IMG/VR virus record: IMGVR_UViG_3300037423_001098
Location: 1-44,717 of that record
Length of the DNA: 44,717 nt
DNA from: a virus
Taxonomy: Duplodnaviria > Caudoviricetes
Reading direction: 5' to 3' (one strand)
Shown here piece after piece: positions 1 to 8,990 of this stretch. The notes beneath the pieces are model-generated. The model was not told the DNA's origin, ran no database searches, and was given only the letters and a program-made list of their open reading frames with translations. The position numbers and the translations under genes were made by a program. Numbering within the stretch: position 1 is the stretch's first letter; the number at the start of each line of letters is the position of its first letter.

Positions 1-351
1 GCAGCGAGCGCGACCGGCCCCCGTGGCGCAGCGAGCGCGACCGGCACCCAAGGCGCAGCGAGCGCGACCGGCCCCCGTGGCGCAGCGAGCGCGACCGGCA
101 CCCAAGGCGCAGCGAGCGCGACCGGCACCCAAGGCGCAGCGAGCGCGACTGGCGACTATGGCGCAGCGAGCGCGACCGGCCCCCGTGGCGCAGCGAGCGC
201 GACCGGCACCCAAGGCGCAGCGAGCGCGACTGGCGACTATGGCGCAGCGAGCGCGACCGGCACCCAAGGCGCAGCGAGCGCGACCGGCTACCAAGGCGCA
301 GCGAGCGCGGCCGGCTACCAAGGCGCAGCGAGCGCGACTGGCGAAAAGTCA
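1..351 (+). repeat. 13 tandem 27-bp coding repeats GCAGCGAGCGCGAC(C/T)GGC-N6-GGC
   Basis: Read directly; variable hexamer encodes PR,TQ,PR,TQ,TQ,DY,PR,TQ,DY,TQ,YQ,YQ,EK. Confidence 0.95.
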
Positions 352-534
352 GCCGCAATGGCCTCTGGATATGAGGGCTGCGTGAGTGCCGCCAAGGGCT
401 GCGCGATCTTCGCCCTCGAACGCGACGACAACTGGAACATCGTTTCGACCGCCTCCGGCATCGTCGGGCGCGACGGCCTGAAGGCTGACACTTTCTACCG
501 CTGCGAAGGCGGCAAGTTCGTGGAGGTCCGGTAA
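1..534 (+). CDS. C-terminal part of phage repeat protein (AASATGxxG repeats); continues from 44215-44717
   Basis: Frame 1 reads (AASATGxxG)n...[31 protein letters not shown]...[19 protein letters not shown]; TAA 532-534 overlaps next ATG; not in ORF track because its start lies at the other end. Confidence 0.85.
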   Translation, partial: AASATGPRGAASATGTQGAASATGPRGAASATGTQGAASATGTQGAASATGDYGAASATGPRGAASATGTQGAASATGDYGAASATGTQGAASATGYQGAASAAGYQGAASATGEKSAAMASGYEGCVSAAKGCAIFALERDDNWNIVSTASGIVGRDGLKADTFYRCEGGKFVEVR

Positions 535-818
535 TGGCCGATATTCTCATTTTCCCCGCCGCCAGCTCCCTAGGCGACGGTCGCGCGGCGGCTTCGGACG
601 ATGTGCCTGACGCCGGAGTCGCCGCGCCTTTCCGCGAATGGCTCGACCCGAACACGCTTCCAGCGATCATCGACGACCGCCCGGACTGTGCCGAGCTTCT
701 GCGCGCGAACGCGGTTCCCGATGAGCCGGTCAGCGACTGGTGGATCGTGGCAGCGGGTGCGCTTGCCGGGCTGCTGTGGGCGGTGGTGTTCGTCGCCGTG
801 AAGGGTGGATTGCTGTGA
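534..818 (+). CDS. hypothetical protein with C-terminal TM helix
   Basis: Coupled to upstream stop; WWIVAAGALAGLLWAVVFVAV. Confidence 0.7.
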   Translation: MADILIFPAASSLGDGRAAASDDVPDAGVAAPFREWLDPNTLPAIIDDRPDCAELLRANAVPDEPVSDWWIVAAGALAGLLWAVVFVAVKGGLL

Positions 819-1162
819 CGGGAGCGTTCACGAAGGGGCCGTGGGAATACGTCCCAAGCACGGAGCATCACGGCCCCTACGTCGTGTCGTCTGTCGGCTG
901 CACCGTTGCTGACCTCTACACCATGACGCACCCGCGCGAGGCAAGCACGCTTAACGGCGGCCCGAGCAAGCCAGTGCCGTTCCTGCACGAAATGGCTGAT
1001 CCGAACGCCCGCCTAATCGCAGCAGCACCGGAGCTGTACGAAGCGTTGGTTGCATTGGCGGAATTTGTGGACCGCCATGTCATTTACGCTGACTCCGACC
1101 CGCTGCTGACTGCCGCCGAGCGGGCTATCCGCAAAGCACGCGGCGAACAGGTGCCGGCATGA
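815..1162 (+). CDS. phage early hypothetical protein (TKGPW...NARLIAAAPELYEAL type)
   Basis: GTGA overlap at 815; motif common in phage early genes. Confidence 0.75.
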   Translation: MTGAFTKGPWEYVPSTEHHGPYVVSSVGCTVADLYTMTHPREASTLNGGPSKPVPFLHEMADPNARLIAAAPELYEALVALAEFVDRHVIYADSDPLLTAAERAIRKARGEQVPA

Positions 1163-1398
1163 CCGCCCGGCTTCACTACTCCGTAGACGGCACATGGTTC
1201 GACTATGGCGCGAACCAATACGAGCAGATGCCCGCGTGCGGCAACGACTTCCACGGTCGCAAGAAGCTCACCGAGGACTGGCGGGAAGTGACCTGCCCGA
1301 CCTGCCGCGAGTGCTGCGGGTTCACGGAGGCCGAACAGCTGACTGCGGTTGCTCGCGACACTGACCCGCAATCTGGAAACGAAAGGGTGGCGGCATGA
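1159..1398 (+). CDS. small hypothetical protein with CxxC motif
   Basis: ATGA overlaps at both ends; VTCPTCREC. Confidence 0.65.
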   Translation: MTARLHYSVDGTWFDYGANQYEQMPACGNDFHGRKKLTEDWREVTCPTCRECCGFTEAEQLTAVARDTDPQSGNERVAA

Positions 1399-1706
1399 GC
1401 GACTGGCAGGTTGGCGATTTGGCGGTGTGTGTGGATGACACGCAGCAATGCCGCGTCGAGACTGGCGAGCTCACCCATGCCGAGCGGAAAGCCGGTTTGC
1501 GGTTTCTTGTTCGTGGTCGAGGATACATCATAACGCGGATCGTCGAACATTGGACGGGCCGGCAGGGCGTGTTCATTCAAGGGCAGCCAGTAGCGCGCCC
1601 ATATGCGGCCGACCGTTTCGCCAAGCTCCGCCCCGACGCACACGAGAAGCGCGAGGAAGAGTTCGTCACGCTCCTGAAGCGCTCGCGCAAGCGGGTGTCC
1701 GCATGA
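1395..1706 (+). CDS. hypothetical phage protein (WQVGDLAVCVDD)
   Basis: ATGA coupling; resembles 11545-11760. Confidence 0.7.
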   Translation: MSDWQVGDLAVCVDDTQQCRVETGELTHAERKAGLRFLVRGRGYIITRIVEHWTGRQGVFIQGQPVARPYAADRFAKLRPDAHEKREEEFVTLLKRSRKRVSA

Positions 1707-1897
1707 CGATCCACCATCTCATTCCACGACAGCAGCGGATCGACGCCGAACGCTATCGGAGAGTGGTCGAGGCAATCGAACGCACCACGCCAGCCCAACA
1801 ATGGCTGCTGTCAGTCAGAGGATTGGCAAAGCAGCTTAACGAGCAATCCACAAGGGAGGCGGGGCCAGTCCAACAAACGCCCGCTCGCAATTCGTGA
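1703..1897 (+). CDS. hypothetical protein
   Basis: ATGA overlap at 1703 (MTIHHLIPRQQR), GTGA overlap downstream. Confidence 0.55.
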   Translation: MTIHHLIPRQQRIDAERYRRVVEAIERTTPAQQWLLSVRGLAKQLNEQSTREAGPVQQTPARNS

Positions 1898-2517
1898 ACG
1901 CGCAAACGAAGATCGAGGCCGGCGGCGTCCACCGGAAGCTGTCGCGGGCGCGACAGAAGTTCCACACGCTTGAACTCAAGAAGTCGGGCAAGAACACGTT
2001 CGCCGGCTACGAGTATTTCGAGCTGGGCGACTTCCTCATCCCCGCACTCCAGGTGTTCGACGAAATCGGCCTTGGGTCCACGATCAGCTTCACCGCCGAT
2101 CTGGCGACAATGACGATCCGCGACTTGGACAATCCCGAGGACGCGATCGAACTCACCTCTCCGATGGGAAGCGCGGCGCTCAAGGGTTGCCATGAGGTGC
2201 AGAACATCGGCGCGGTCGAGACTTACCAGAGGCGTTACCTGTGGGTGGCCGCACTGGAGATTGTCGAACATGACGCACTCGACGCAACCAATGGCAAGAT
2301 CGCGCCCGAGACGAACGGCAAGGTGAACGACAAGCAGTTCCGCGAGCTTCAGAAGGCCGTGGACCGCACCGGAGCCGATCTTGCCCGCTTCTGTGCCTAC
2401 TTCCAGGTGCCGAGCCTCAAAGACGTTCCCGCCGAACGCTACGCGGAGGCGCTTCAGGCGCTGGAGGCGAAGGCCAAGCGCGCCGCACCCAAGACCGAAC
2501 CGGAGATGGCGAAATGA
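1894..2517 (+). CDS. erf: ERF-family ssDNA annealing protein
   Basis: KSGKNTFAGYEYFEL and GAVETYQRRYLW motifs; adjacent exonuclease. Confidence 0.8.
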   Translation: MNAQTKIEAGGVHRKLSRARQKFHTLELKKSGKNTFAGYEYFELGDFLIPALQVFDEIGLGSTISFTADLATMTIRDLDNPEDAIELTSPMGSAALKGCHEVQNIGAVETYQRRYLWVAALEIVEHDALDATNGKIAPETNGKVNDKQFRELQKAVDRTGADLARFCAYFQVPSLKDVPAERYAEALQALEAKAKRAAPKTEPEMAK

Positions 2518-3146
2518 ACGAACAGGGCACACAGGAATGGCTGCAAGAGCGCTGCGGCAAGGTGACGGCCTCGCGCATCGCTGACCTCATGGCGCGGACG
2601 AAAACCGGATGGGGCGCAAGTCGCGCCAACTACGCCGCGCAGCTCGTCGCGGAACGGCTAACCGGGTGCGTCCAACCGTCTTTCACGAATGCCGCGATGA
2701 TCCACGGCACCGAAACCGAGCCGGAGGCGCGCAGGGCTTACGAGTTCTTCGTTGATCGCGACGTTCAGCAGATCGGATTCGTCCCGCATCCCGCAATCGA
2801 AATGGCCGGCGCGTCTCCTGATGGCCTTGTCGGTGACGACGGGCTTTTGGAGCTGAAATGTCCCAACACGGCAACGCATATCGAGACGCTGCTGACCGGA
2901 TGCATCCCCGACAAGTATTTCAAGCAGATGCAGTTCCAGATGAGCTGCACGGGCCGCGCCTGGTGTGACTTCGCCAGCTACGACAACCGCCTTCCCGAGC
3001 GGATGCGCCTGTTCGTCAGTCGCGTGGCGCGCGACGATGCGGCCATTGCCGAGATCGAGCGCGAGGTTTGCGCCTTCATCGCAGAAATCGACGAGACAGT
3101 GGGAAAGCTGCTCGCCGCATACGAACCGGAAAAGGAAGCAGCATAA
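2514..3146 (+). CDS. YqaJ/lambda-exonuclease family recombination nuclease
   Basis: QGTQEWLQERCGKVTAS, ASPDG, LELKCP, QMQFQM. Confidence 0.92.
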   Translation: MNEQGTQEWLQERCGKVTASRIADLMARTKTGWGASRANYAAQLVAERLTGCVQPSFTNAAMIHGTETEPEARRAYEFFVDRDVQQIGFVPHPAIEMAGASPDGLVGDDGLLELKCPNTATHIETLLTGCIPDKYFKQMQFQMSCTGRAWCDFASYDNRLPERMRLFVSRVARDDAAIAEIEREVCAFIAEIDETVGKLLAAYEPEKEAA

Positions 3147-3409
3147 TGGCCTACGAGCAAAAGCCGAACACCGGCAGCCTCTTCAAGAACGACAAAAAGG
3201 AAGCCGACAGCCACCCGGACTACAAGGGAACGGCGCTGATCGACGGCCTTGGCGAATGCTGGCTCGACGCCTGGATCAACACCAGCGCGAGCGGCACCAA
3301 ATACATGTCTCTGAAGCTGAAGCCGAAAACGGCCAGTTCGGGGCGCGGCGAAAGTCGGCAGCCGTATGAAGAAACGCTCGACGAAGATTCGGATTCGATT
3401 CCGTTCTGA
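3146..3409 (+). CDS. small SSB-like protein
   Basis: GSLFKNDKKEADSHPDYKG...AW...KYMSL; acidic tail DEDSDSIPF; TAATG coupling. Confidence 0.7.
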   Translation: MAYEQKPNTGSLFKNDKKEADSHPDYKGTALIDGLGECWLDAWINTSASGTKYMSLKLKPKTASSGRGESRQPYEETLDEDSDSIPF

Positions 3410-3867
3410 TGGCGAAGTCCTGCCATAAGTGCGGCGTGAGCAAGCCGTTGGAGTGCTTCTACAAGCACCCAATGATGCACGACGGCTATCTCAACAAGTG
3501 CATCGAGTGCGCCAAGGCTGACGTTCGCGCCAATCGTGCGGCCCGCGTCGAATACTACCGCGCATATGACAGGGCGAGGGCCAATGAGCCGAACCGCCGC
3601 GCCGATAGAATAGCTCGCGCCAAAGCGGCTCCGCGCCCGCGGCCAGAGACGGACCCCCGAAAGCGCGCTGCCCGTGTGGAACTCGGCAACGCCCTGCGCG
3701 ACGGGAAGATCAAGAAGGCTCCTGAGTGCGAAATTTGCGCCGTCTGCGCCGATCTGCACGGGCACCACGAGGACTACAGTAAGCCACTAGAGGTCATTTG
3801 GGTTTGCTCGGCGTGCCATGCGTTCATTCACAAATACTGGCGCGCGCAAGAGAGGAGAGTGGCATGA
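3409..3867 (+). CDS. zinc-finger/HNH-like protein
   Basis: CHKC...CIEC, CEIC...HGHHEDYSKPLEVIWVCSACH. Confidence 0.75.
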   Translation: MAKSCHKCGVSKPLECFYKHPMMHDGYLNKCIECAKADVRANRAARVEYYRAYDRARANEPNRRADRIARAKAAPRPRPETDPRKRAARVELGNALRDGKIKKAPECEICAVCADLHGHHEDYSKPLEVIWVCSACHAFIHKYWRAQERRVA

Positions 3868-4208
3868 CCCTCCCCGCCCGCATCGATCAGCGCGACCTAC
3901 GCGGAAAGCCTAAGCTCCGGTCTCCGGCGCACCGCGACTGGGTTCGCAGCCACTATTGCTCCGTCGATGGCTGCTGCGAAATGCCGATAGAGTGCGCCCA
4001 TGTGCGTCGCTCGTCAAATGCGGGAACGGGCATCAAAAGCTCGGACGCCTACTGCCTGTCGCTATGCCGGGAGCATCATCGCGAAAGCCATCGCGGCGAG
4101 CAGACATTCGAGCGCAAATACAAGATCGATCTCATGGCGAAGGCGAGAGAGTTTTACGAGCGCTCGCCGTTCAAGTCGCGACTGGATAATCCGTGGGGCG
4201 GCAAGTGA
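3864..4208 (+). CDS. putative HNH-like nuclease (DUF968-like)
   Basis: RSPAHRDWVRSHYCSVDGC...AHVR...SDAYCLSLCREHH. Confidence 0.7.
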   Translation: MTLPARIDQRDLRGKPKLRSPAHRDWVRSHYCSVDGCCEMPIECAHVRRSSNAGTGIKSSDAYCLSLCREHHRESHRGEQTFERKYKIDLMAKAREFYERSPFKSRLDNPWGGK

Positions 4209-4585
4209 TCGGCCAGACCGTCATCCTCCGCTCGCCCGCAAGCCGCGACGGCGCAAAGCGGTTGATCGAGCTTGCCCCACCGGGCGCGATCCTCAACATT
4301 CGCCCGGCAACGCGAACCAATGAGCAAAATGCGCTGCTTTGGTCGCTTCTGTCAGAAGTGTCGCGCGCAAAGCCAGACGGTCGGCAGCACACGCCCGATG
4401 TCTGGAAATGCCTGTTCATGCAGGCTTGCGGACACGCCGTTCAGTTCGAGGTCGGACTTGACGGCAAGCCCTTCCCGCTCGGCTTTCGCTCATCGCGCAT
4501 GACGAAAGAGCAAATGACCGATCTGATCGAGTTTATCCTGCAATACTGCGCCGAAAAGGGCATTCATTTGAAGGAGGCAGCATGA
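4205..4585 (+). CDS. ninB: NinB/Orf-family recombination protein
   Basis: RTNEQNALLWSLLSEVS...WK...RSSRMTKEQMTDLIEFI. Confidence 0.85.
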   Translation: MIGQTVILRSPASRDGAKRLIELAPPGAILNIRPATRTNEQNALLWSLLSEVSRAKPDGRQHTPDVWKCLFMQACGHAVQFEVGLDGKPFPLGFRSSRMTKEQMTDLIEFILQYCAEKGIHLKEAA

Positions 4586-4710
4586 AGCTCGGCCATCGCC
4601 AAACACTAGACCCCTCCCAGGTCAAATCATCCACTGGACGCAATCCAGAAGCATGGCCGCTCCGAATCAACGACCGGCGTGAAGATCGGGCGGAGAAGGT
4701 GGCGGCGTGA
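4582..4710 (+). CDS. 42-aa hypothetical protein
   Basis: AAGGAGG RBS, ATGA overlap, ends ...EKVAA*. Confidence 0.45.
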   Translation: MKLGHRQTLDPSQVKSSTGRNPEAWPLRINDRREDRAEKVAA

Positions 4711-4714
4711 TGTC

Positions 4715-4800
4715 GGGGCGCGCCCTTCGGGCCGGGCTTTCGTCCCTTCGGGATCGAGCCGCTGCGCGTCTCGCCGGTTCCCGCTTCAATCCCTCGCGCG
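4715..4800 (-). repeat. dispersed structured element, copy B
   Basis: Minus strand GCGCGAGGGAT..CGAGACGCGCAGCGGCTCG..AGCCCGGCCCGAAGGGCGCGC; same fold as other copies. Confidence 0.85.
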
Positions 4801-4849
4801 AGCTTGTGCTCGTGATTGGCGCAGCGCTTGCGCTTTGGTTCGTAAGCCG

Positions 4850-5107
4850 GTGAACCGCGCCGCGCTTCCCAACTGGCCGCGCTTGATGGGCGTCGACCTC
4901 GCCTCCGCCTATCTTGGGCTGAGCACGACGACGCTGCGCCAGAAAGGCCCCGCGCCGAAGGAATACGGGAAGCGCCGCCTCTATGACCGCATCGACCTAG
5001 ACAGGTGGGCGGATCGGCTTGGCGGACAGCCTTTGGGTGTGGCAGAACAAAAGGCGGAAGAGCGCGATGTGGAGCGCCGATTCCTGGAGCAAAGGAAGCG
5101 GGCATGA
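4850..5107 (+). CDS. excisionase-like HTH protein
   Basis: WPRLM..ASAYLGLSTTT..RRLYDRIDLDRWAD; upstream of integrase. Confidence 0.75.
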   Translation: MNRAALPNWPRLMGVDLASAYLGLSTTTLRQKGPAPKEYGKRRLYDRIDLDRWADRLGGQPLGVAEQKAEERDVERRFLEQRKRA

Positions 5108-5295
5108 ACGTCACATTCTATGGAGGGCCGAAGGATGGACAGGTCATGGCATTTGCGCATGGCGACATCGTTACATTTCAGGCGGGGCCGCCAGTGATCG
5201 ACTTTTCGGTTCCGACTGTTGAACCGATCCGATACGAAACGCACCTCTACCGTCGTTCGCTCAAAACACCCTCAATCTTTGTCTATCAGCCATGA
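5104..5295 (+). CDS. hypothetical protein (FYGGPKDGQ)
   Basis: ATGA overlaps at both ends. Confidence 0.65.
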   Translation: MNVTFYGGPKDGQVMAFAHGDIVTFQAGPPVIDFSVPTVEPIRYETHLYRRSLKTPSIFVYQP

Positions 5296-6293
5296 CGGAA
5301 ACCCGCCTCCCCTTCACCTATGTCATCGGCGGCAAATACTGGCGCTTCCGCCGTGGCGCTCTCAAGGCCGCCCTTCCCGGAAAACCGGGCGATGCCGCGT
5401 TCCACGCTCGCTACGCCGAGCTGCTGGCATTATCCGAGCGCAAAGCGCCGGAGCCGGATCGGGAGAGTTTCGCGTGGCTTGTCGCCCGCTACCGCAAGAG
5501 CGCCGAGTTCAATGCGCTCCGGCCCCTCACCCGCCTCGATTACGACAAGACGCTCGATCTGGTTGTGGCGGAGCTTGGCGAGCAGCCGTTCGCCCTGACC
5601 ACCGCGCCGATGATTAAGCGGGTCCGTGACGATCACGCGGCGACCCCGCGCAAGGCCCACAAGCTGCGCCAGATGCTATCCAGGCTCTATTCGTGGGCCG
5701 GAGAGGAGGGGTTGACCGAGAACGGCCACAACCCCGCAGCCAAGATCAAGCGCCTCAAGGTGCGCGCCAAGGCGATCACGCCCTGGTCGGAAGATGAAAT
5801 CGCGCGGTTCATGGCCGCCGCGCCCCTGTGGCTTCAGACGCCGATCCTGCTGGCCCTCTATACGGGGCAGCGGCGCGAGGACGTGGTTCGGATGACGTGG
5901 GCAGACTACCAGGGGTCGATCATCCGCGTGCGCCAATCAAAGACAGGCGAACCGCTGGACATTGCGTGCCACAAGGTTCTGCGGTCGCACCTGTCATCTA
6001 TCCGAACGGCGTTCGGCGGTCCCATAGCGCGAAACGCCAAGGGCAAGCCGTTCACCGCCAATTCGCTCAGTCAGGCGATCCGCCGGCAGGTAGAGGCGAT
6101 TGATGGTTTCCCGCACGACCGCAGCATCCACGGGCTGCGCTACGCCGCCGCAGCTAGGCTTGACGAAGCCGGATGCACGCTCACCGAGGCGGTTGCGGTT
6201 CTGGGCCACCGCACCTATCAGATGGCGCACCGCTACATGGCGCAGCGCCGCGCTTCCGAGGCCGCAATGGCCCGTCAGGAGGTGCGGGGGTGA
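5292..6293 (+). CDS. int: tyrosine recombinase / phage integrase
   Basis: YTGQRRED (R), QSKTG (K), HGLR, LGH...Y catalytic set. Confidence 0.95.
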   Translation: MTETRLPFTYVIGGKYWRFRRGALKAALPGKPGDAAFHARYAELLALSERKAPEPDRESFAWLVARYRKSAEFNALRPLTRLDYDKTLDLVVAELGEQPFALTTAPMIKRVRDDHAATPRKAHKLRQMLSRLYSWAGEEGLTENGHNPAAKIKRLKVRAKAITPWSEDEIARFMAAAPLWLQTPILLALYTGQRREDVVRMTWADYQGSIIRVRQSKTGEPLDIACHKVLRSHLSSIRTAFGGPIARNAKGKPFTANSLSQAIRRQVEAIDGFPHDRSIHGLRYAAAARLDEAGCTLTEAVAVLGHRTYQMAHRYMAQRRASEAAMARQEVRG

Positions 6294-6347
6294 ACCGTGA
6301 ACGAACCGCGAAACTGCTAAAACGCACAGGACTCGCGGTGCTAAAAT

Positions 6348-6387
6348 GGCCCGATGGCGGAGTGGTTACGCAGAGGACTGCAAATCC
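6348..6387 (+). other. attP core: 5' half of tRNA-Cys(GCA)
   Basis: GGCCCGATGGCGGAGTGGTTACGCAGAGGACTGCAAATCC gives acceptor 5' strand, D arm and GCA anticodon arm with no T arm after it; directly downstream of int; TGCTAA repeats at 6315, 6339, 6472 may be arm sites. Confidence 0.8.
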
Positions 6388-6477
6388 GCTTCCGCTGGCG
6401 CATTTCCGCGATAGTTTGCTGGTTTCACCGTCTGTTCCGCACATAGCTTATCAAGGGCTTATGCGGGCGAGTGCTAA

Positions 6478-6563
6478 CCGCGCAAGGGATACCCGCCGAA
6501 TGGTGGAGACGCGCAGCGGCTCCATGCGAAGCACGGGTAGCCCGGTCCCGTAGGGATGCGCCC
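6478..6563 (+). repeat. dispersed structured element, copy A
   Basis: CGCAAGGGATACCC..GGAGACGCGCAGCGGCTCC..GGGTAGCCCGGTCCCGTAGGGATGCG. Confidence 0.85.
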
Positions 6564-6588
6564 AAAACCAGTCGTCAGGAGGTGTGAA

Positions 6589-7023
6589 GTGAAAGAGATA
6601 CCGATCATTGCAGACAGGTTCTGGTCGAAGGTCGATAGGCGCGGCCCGGACGAATGTTGGCACTGGAACGGTTGCCGTGTTGCCAGGGGGTATGGCCGCT
6701 TCAAGTTCCGTGGGCGGGACGCTCCAGCCCATCGCGTAGCGTGGGAACTGTCGAACGATCAGGAATTTCCGCCAGGGATGCTCGCTTGCCACAAGTGCGA
6801 CAACCCGAGCTGCGTCAACCCCGCGCACGTATGGCCTGGAACGCCGGCTGACAACACACGCGATATGATGGCGAAGGGCAGGCACCACTATCAACGGGAT
6901 CGTTGCCTTCGTGGGCACTTGTATGAGGGCCAAAGGCCGCACCCGTCCGATCCCGGAAAACGATGCCTCATTTGCCAGAGGATGAAGATGCGAGAGCGCC
7001 GCGCGAATGGCGCGAAGGGTTGA
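6589..7023 (+). CDS. HNH endonuclease
   Basis: RFWSKVD..ECWHW..GYGRF..AHRVAW..CHKCDNPSCVNPAH..DNTRDM; AGGAGG RBS before GTG 6589. Confidence 0.9.
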   Translation: MKEIPIIADRFWSKVDRRGPDECWHWNGCRVARGYGRFKFRGRDAPAHRVAWELSNDQEFPPGMLACHKCDNPSCVNPAHVWPGTPADNTRDMMAKGRHHYQRDRCLRGHLYEGQRPHPSDPGKRCLICQRMKMRERRANGAKG

Positions 7024-7035
7024 GGAGAAAGCGAG

Positions 7036-7287
7036 ATGCAAGAGTTGTCCATCGTGGAGAAGCTGGAGCGCAACCACGGCACTGACGTCATGGGCGAAGC
7101 ACTGCTGTGCAACCCCGACGGCCCCGAAGCCGCCGCGATCATCAAGGAGCTGGTGGCTGCGCTGGACGAGGTTTGTGCAAGCAGCATTCGTCCTGGCTCT
7201 CGATACAAAGAGCGATTGGCCCGCGAATACGAGCGCATCCGGCGCATCGCCCGCGCCGCCCTCTCTCGCGCACAGGTGCGTCCGTGA
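7036..7287 (+). CDS. hypothetical protein
   Basis: GAGGAG RBS; NPDGPEAAAII. Confidence 0.65.
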   Translation: MQELSIVEKLERNHGTDVMGEALLCNPDGPEAAAIIKELVAALDEVCASSIRPGSRYKERLAREYERIRRIARAALSRAQVRP

Positions 7288-7604
7288 GCCGCGAAAGCAC
7301 GGATATGGTGGAGCGGGTTGCGCGGGCGATGTGGCGCAAGCAGTCCGCAGCCGCATGGGAAGCGGGAATCTACGAGCGCGATCAATTCCGCGCGTTCGCC
7401 CAAGCCGCCCTCGAAGCATCCCATCATGCAGAGCTTGTGGAGGCTCTGGACCCATTTGCGAGGGTCGCGCGACTTAATGACGCTGCGGGACTCGATGCTT
7501 CCGACGAGCGCCCATGCCGGGATTTCTTTCCGGGCATGTGGCCAACGCTAGGTGACTGTCGCCGAGCTGCCGCAATTATCGCCAAGATCGGAGGTGAAGC
7601 ATGA
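7284..7604 (+). CDS. hypothetical protein
   Basis: GTGA overlap; MVERVARAM motif. Confidence 0.65.
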   Translation: MSRESTDMVERVARAMWRKQSAAAWEAGIYERDQFRAFAQAALEASHHAELVEALDPFARVARLNDAAGLDASDERPCRDFFPGMWPTLGDCRRAAAIIAKIGGEA

Positions 7605-7744
7605 GACTGTGGTTCGCAATTCCCTTCGGTGCTGCGATGCTCAGGTGGCCACTGGTCGCAGAGTGGTTCGTGCTTAGCTGCCTGGTGCTGGCGGTGATCT
7701 TTGGAAGCATCGCTGCCGTGCGCGTGATCGGAGGTGGCCAATGA
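7601..7744 (+). CDS. 47-aa membrane protein
   Basis: GGAGG RBS; MRLWFAIPFG...VLSCLVLAVIFGSIAAV; ATGA overlaps. Confidence 0.55.
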   Translation: MRLWFAIPFGAAMLRWPLVAEWFVLSCLVLAVIFGSIAAVRVIGGGQ

Positions 7745-8031
7745 CCGCCTTCAGACTCTGGCGAAAACGCACGATCCCGCGCGTCGTTGTGACCGCGACC
7801 GTCGAGGCGTTCAAATGCGATAATCCGAACCACACGAAGGGGTGCGGGTTGGGCTGGCGGCTCATCCCCTCTTCTGAGGAAGAGGCGCACACCTGGATCG
7901 CGTCGATCGGATCGGACGGCCTCGTGCTGTGGCAATGCAGGTCAACGGAAGGCACGTCGCGGGAAACGGCGACGAAAGCCATGCTCGACCGGCTTGCGGA
8001 AGGAGTCGAGATTAGGTGGGTGCAGCCGTGA
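7741..8031 (+). CDS. hypothetical protein
   Basis: Translationally coupled ORF. Confidence 0.6.
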   Translation: MTAFRLWRKRTIPRVVVTATVEAFKCDNPNHTKGCGLGWRLIPSSEEEAHTWIASIGSDGLVLWQCRSTEGTSRETATKAMLDRLAEGVEIRWVQP

Positions 8032-8252
8032 GCAAGGAGGAGATGGTGGAGCGCGAACTGCCGCCGAATTATGATTGGAGGCGCGGTTACTATTCCGCCG
8101 CCGACGAGCTGATGAATTTTATCAACGCGCTGGACAGTAGCGAAATGTCAGGGCGCGAAGTCCGGTCGGCGATCTACGGCAAAGCACTCGAAATGCGACC
8201 GCCAGAGACCGCCCAACCCCCACGATCAGAACACAAGGGAAGCATCCGATGA
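8028..8252 (+). CDS. hypothetical protein
   Basis: GTGA/ATGA coupling. Confidence 0.6.
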   Translation: MSKEEMVERELPPNYDWRRGYYSAADELMNFINALDSSEMSGREVRSAIYGKALEMRPPETAQPPRSEHKGSIR

Positions 8253-8743
8253 ATGAGGAAGTGAAGGCGTGTGCGAACACCGATCGCGAACTCTGGCGTG
8301 AGCGTGAAGGCGACTACTACGCCAATTCGATCCATGTCACTGAGCACGGCGGTGTCGGCATCAATGTCGGCGGCCACGTTATCGTCAAACCGCTCACAGA
8401 CTGGCACGCGCTTGCCCGCACCCCCGCCTCATGCTCACCCGATGTGGTCGCTTTGCGGGAGAGATTGTTGGCAAAGGTGGCGTCACTAGAAGCTGACGAC
8501 GACGATGCGCTCATGTTCGCGGATGAGCTGGCAGGCGAGTTACGGCAAGCCGCCGACGCTCTCGAATCAATGATGCGTCGAGTAGATGCGATGGAGGTCA
8601 ACTGGGAGGAGCTTGCCATCCAGCATGGGCAGCAAGTCACAGTGACATTCAAGGACAAAGCGGATGCGTTCGCGCTATTCAACGAACTAAAAGCCCGCGC
8701 AGCTCTTTCCGATGGCATAGAACAGAAGAGTGATGCCGACTGA
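8249..8743 (+). CDS. hypothetical protein (NTDRELWRE motif)
   Basis: Coupled ORF. Confidence 0.65.
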   Translation: MNEEVKACANTDRELWREREGDYYANSIHVTEHGGVGINVGGHVIVKPLTDWHALARTPASCSPDVVALRERLLAKVASLEADDDDALMFADELAGELRQAADALESMMRRVDAMEVNWEELAIQHGQQVTVTFKDKADAFALFNELKARAALSDGIEQKSDAD

Positions 8744-8768
8744 TGGTGATTGGTTTTGGAGCTGTTAA

Positions 8769-8828
8769 CCCGCTACCCATGAACGGAACCAATCTTCGTT
8801 GTTTCCGCCCTTCGGGTGGGTATCGGGG
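8769..8828 (-). repeat. dispersed structured element, truncated copy F
   Basis: Minus strand CCCGATACCCACCCGAAGGGCGGAAAC..GGTTCCGTTCATGGGTAGCGGG; close to copy D but lacks the last hairpin. Confidence 0.75.
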
Positions 8829-8844
8829 CTAAAGGAGAAATAGG

Positions 8845-8988
8845 ATGCCGTGGATCGCAACCGAGCTAGACGAGGGATGGGACGTTCCGGCGGACGATGA
8901 TTTCATGGATAGCGACGAGAGCGACAACTGTTGCGAAGCGCCGAGCATGGGAATCGACGGAACCTGCCTCAATTGCGGGCAGAATTAG
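8845..8988 (+). CDS. 47-aa acidic Cys-rich protein
   Basis: AAGGAG RBS; MPWIATELDEGWDVPADDDFMDSDESDNCCEAPSMGIDGTCLNCGQN. Confidence 0.55.
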   Translation: MPWIATELDEGWDVPADDDFMDSDESDNCCEAPSMGIDGTCLNCGQN

Positions 8989-8990
8989 CA

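Noticed and set aside
1-351. CRISPR-like array
   Set aside because: Variable parts are only 6 nt and recur; the period is 9 codons within an open frame; no cas genes seen
23-385. ORF-track protein (AQRARPAPK)n
   Set aside because: Shadow frame of the repeat; frame 1 connects to a coherent N-domain and a coupled stop
6348-6420. Complete tRNA-Cys gene
   Set aside because: No T arm or 3' acceptor strand; interpreted as the attP core
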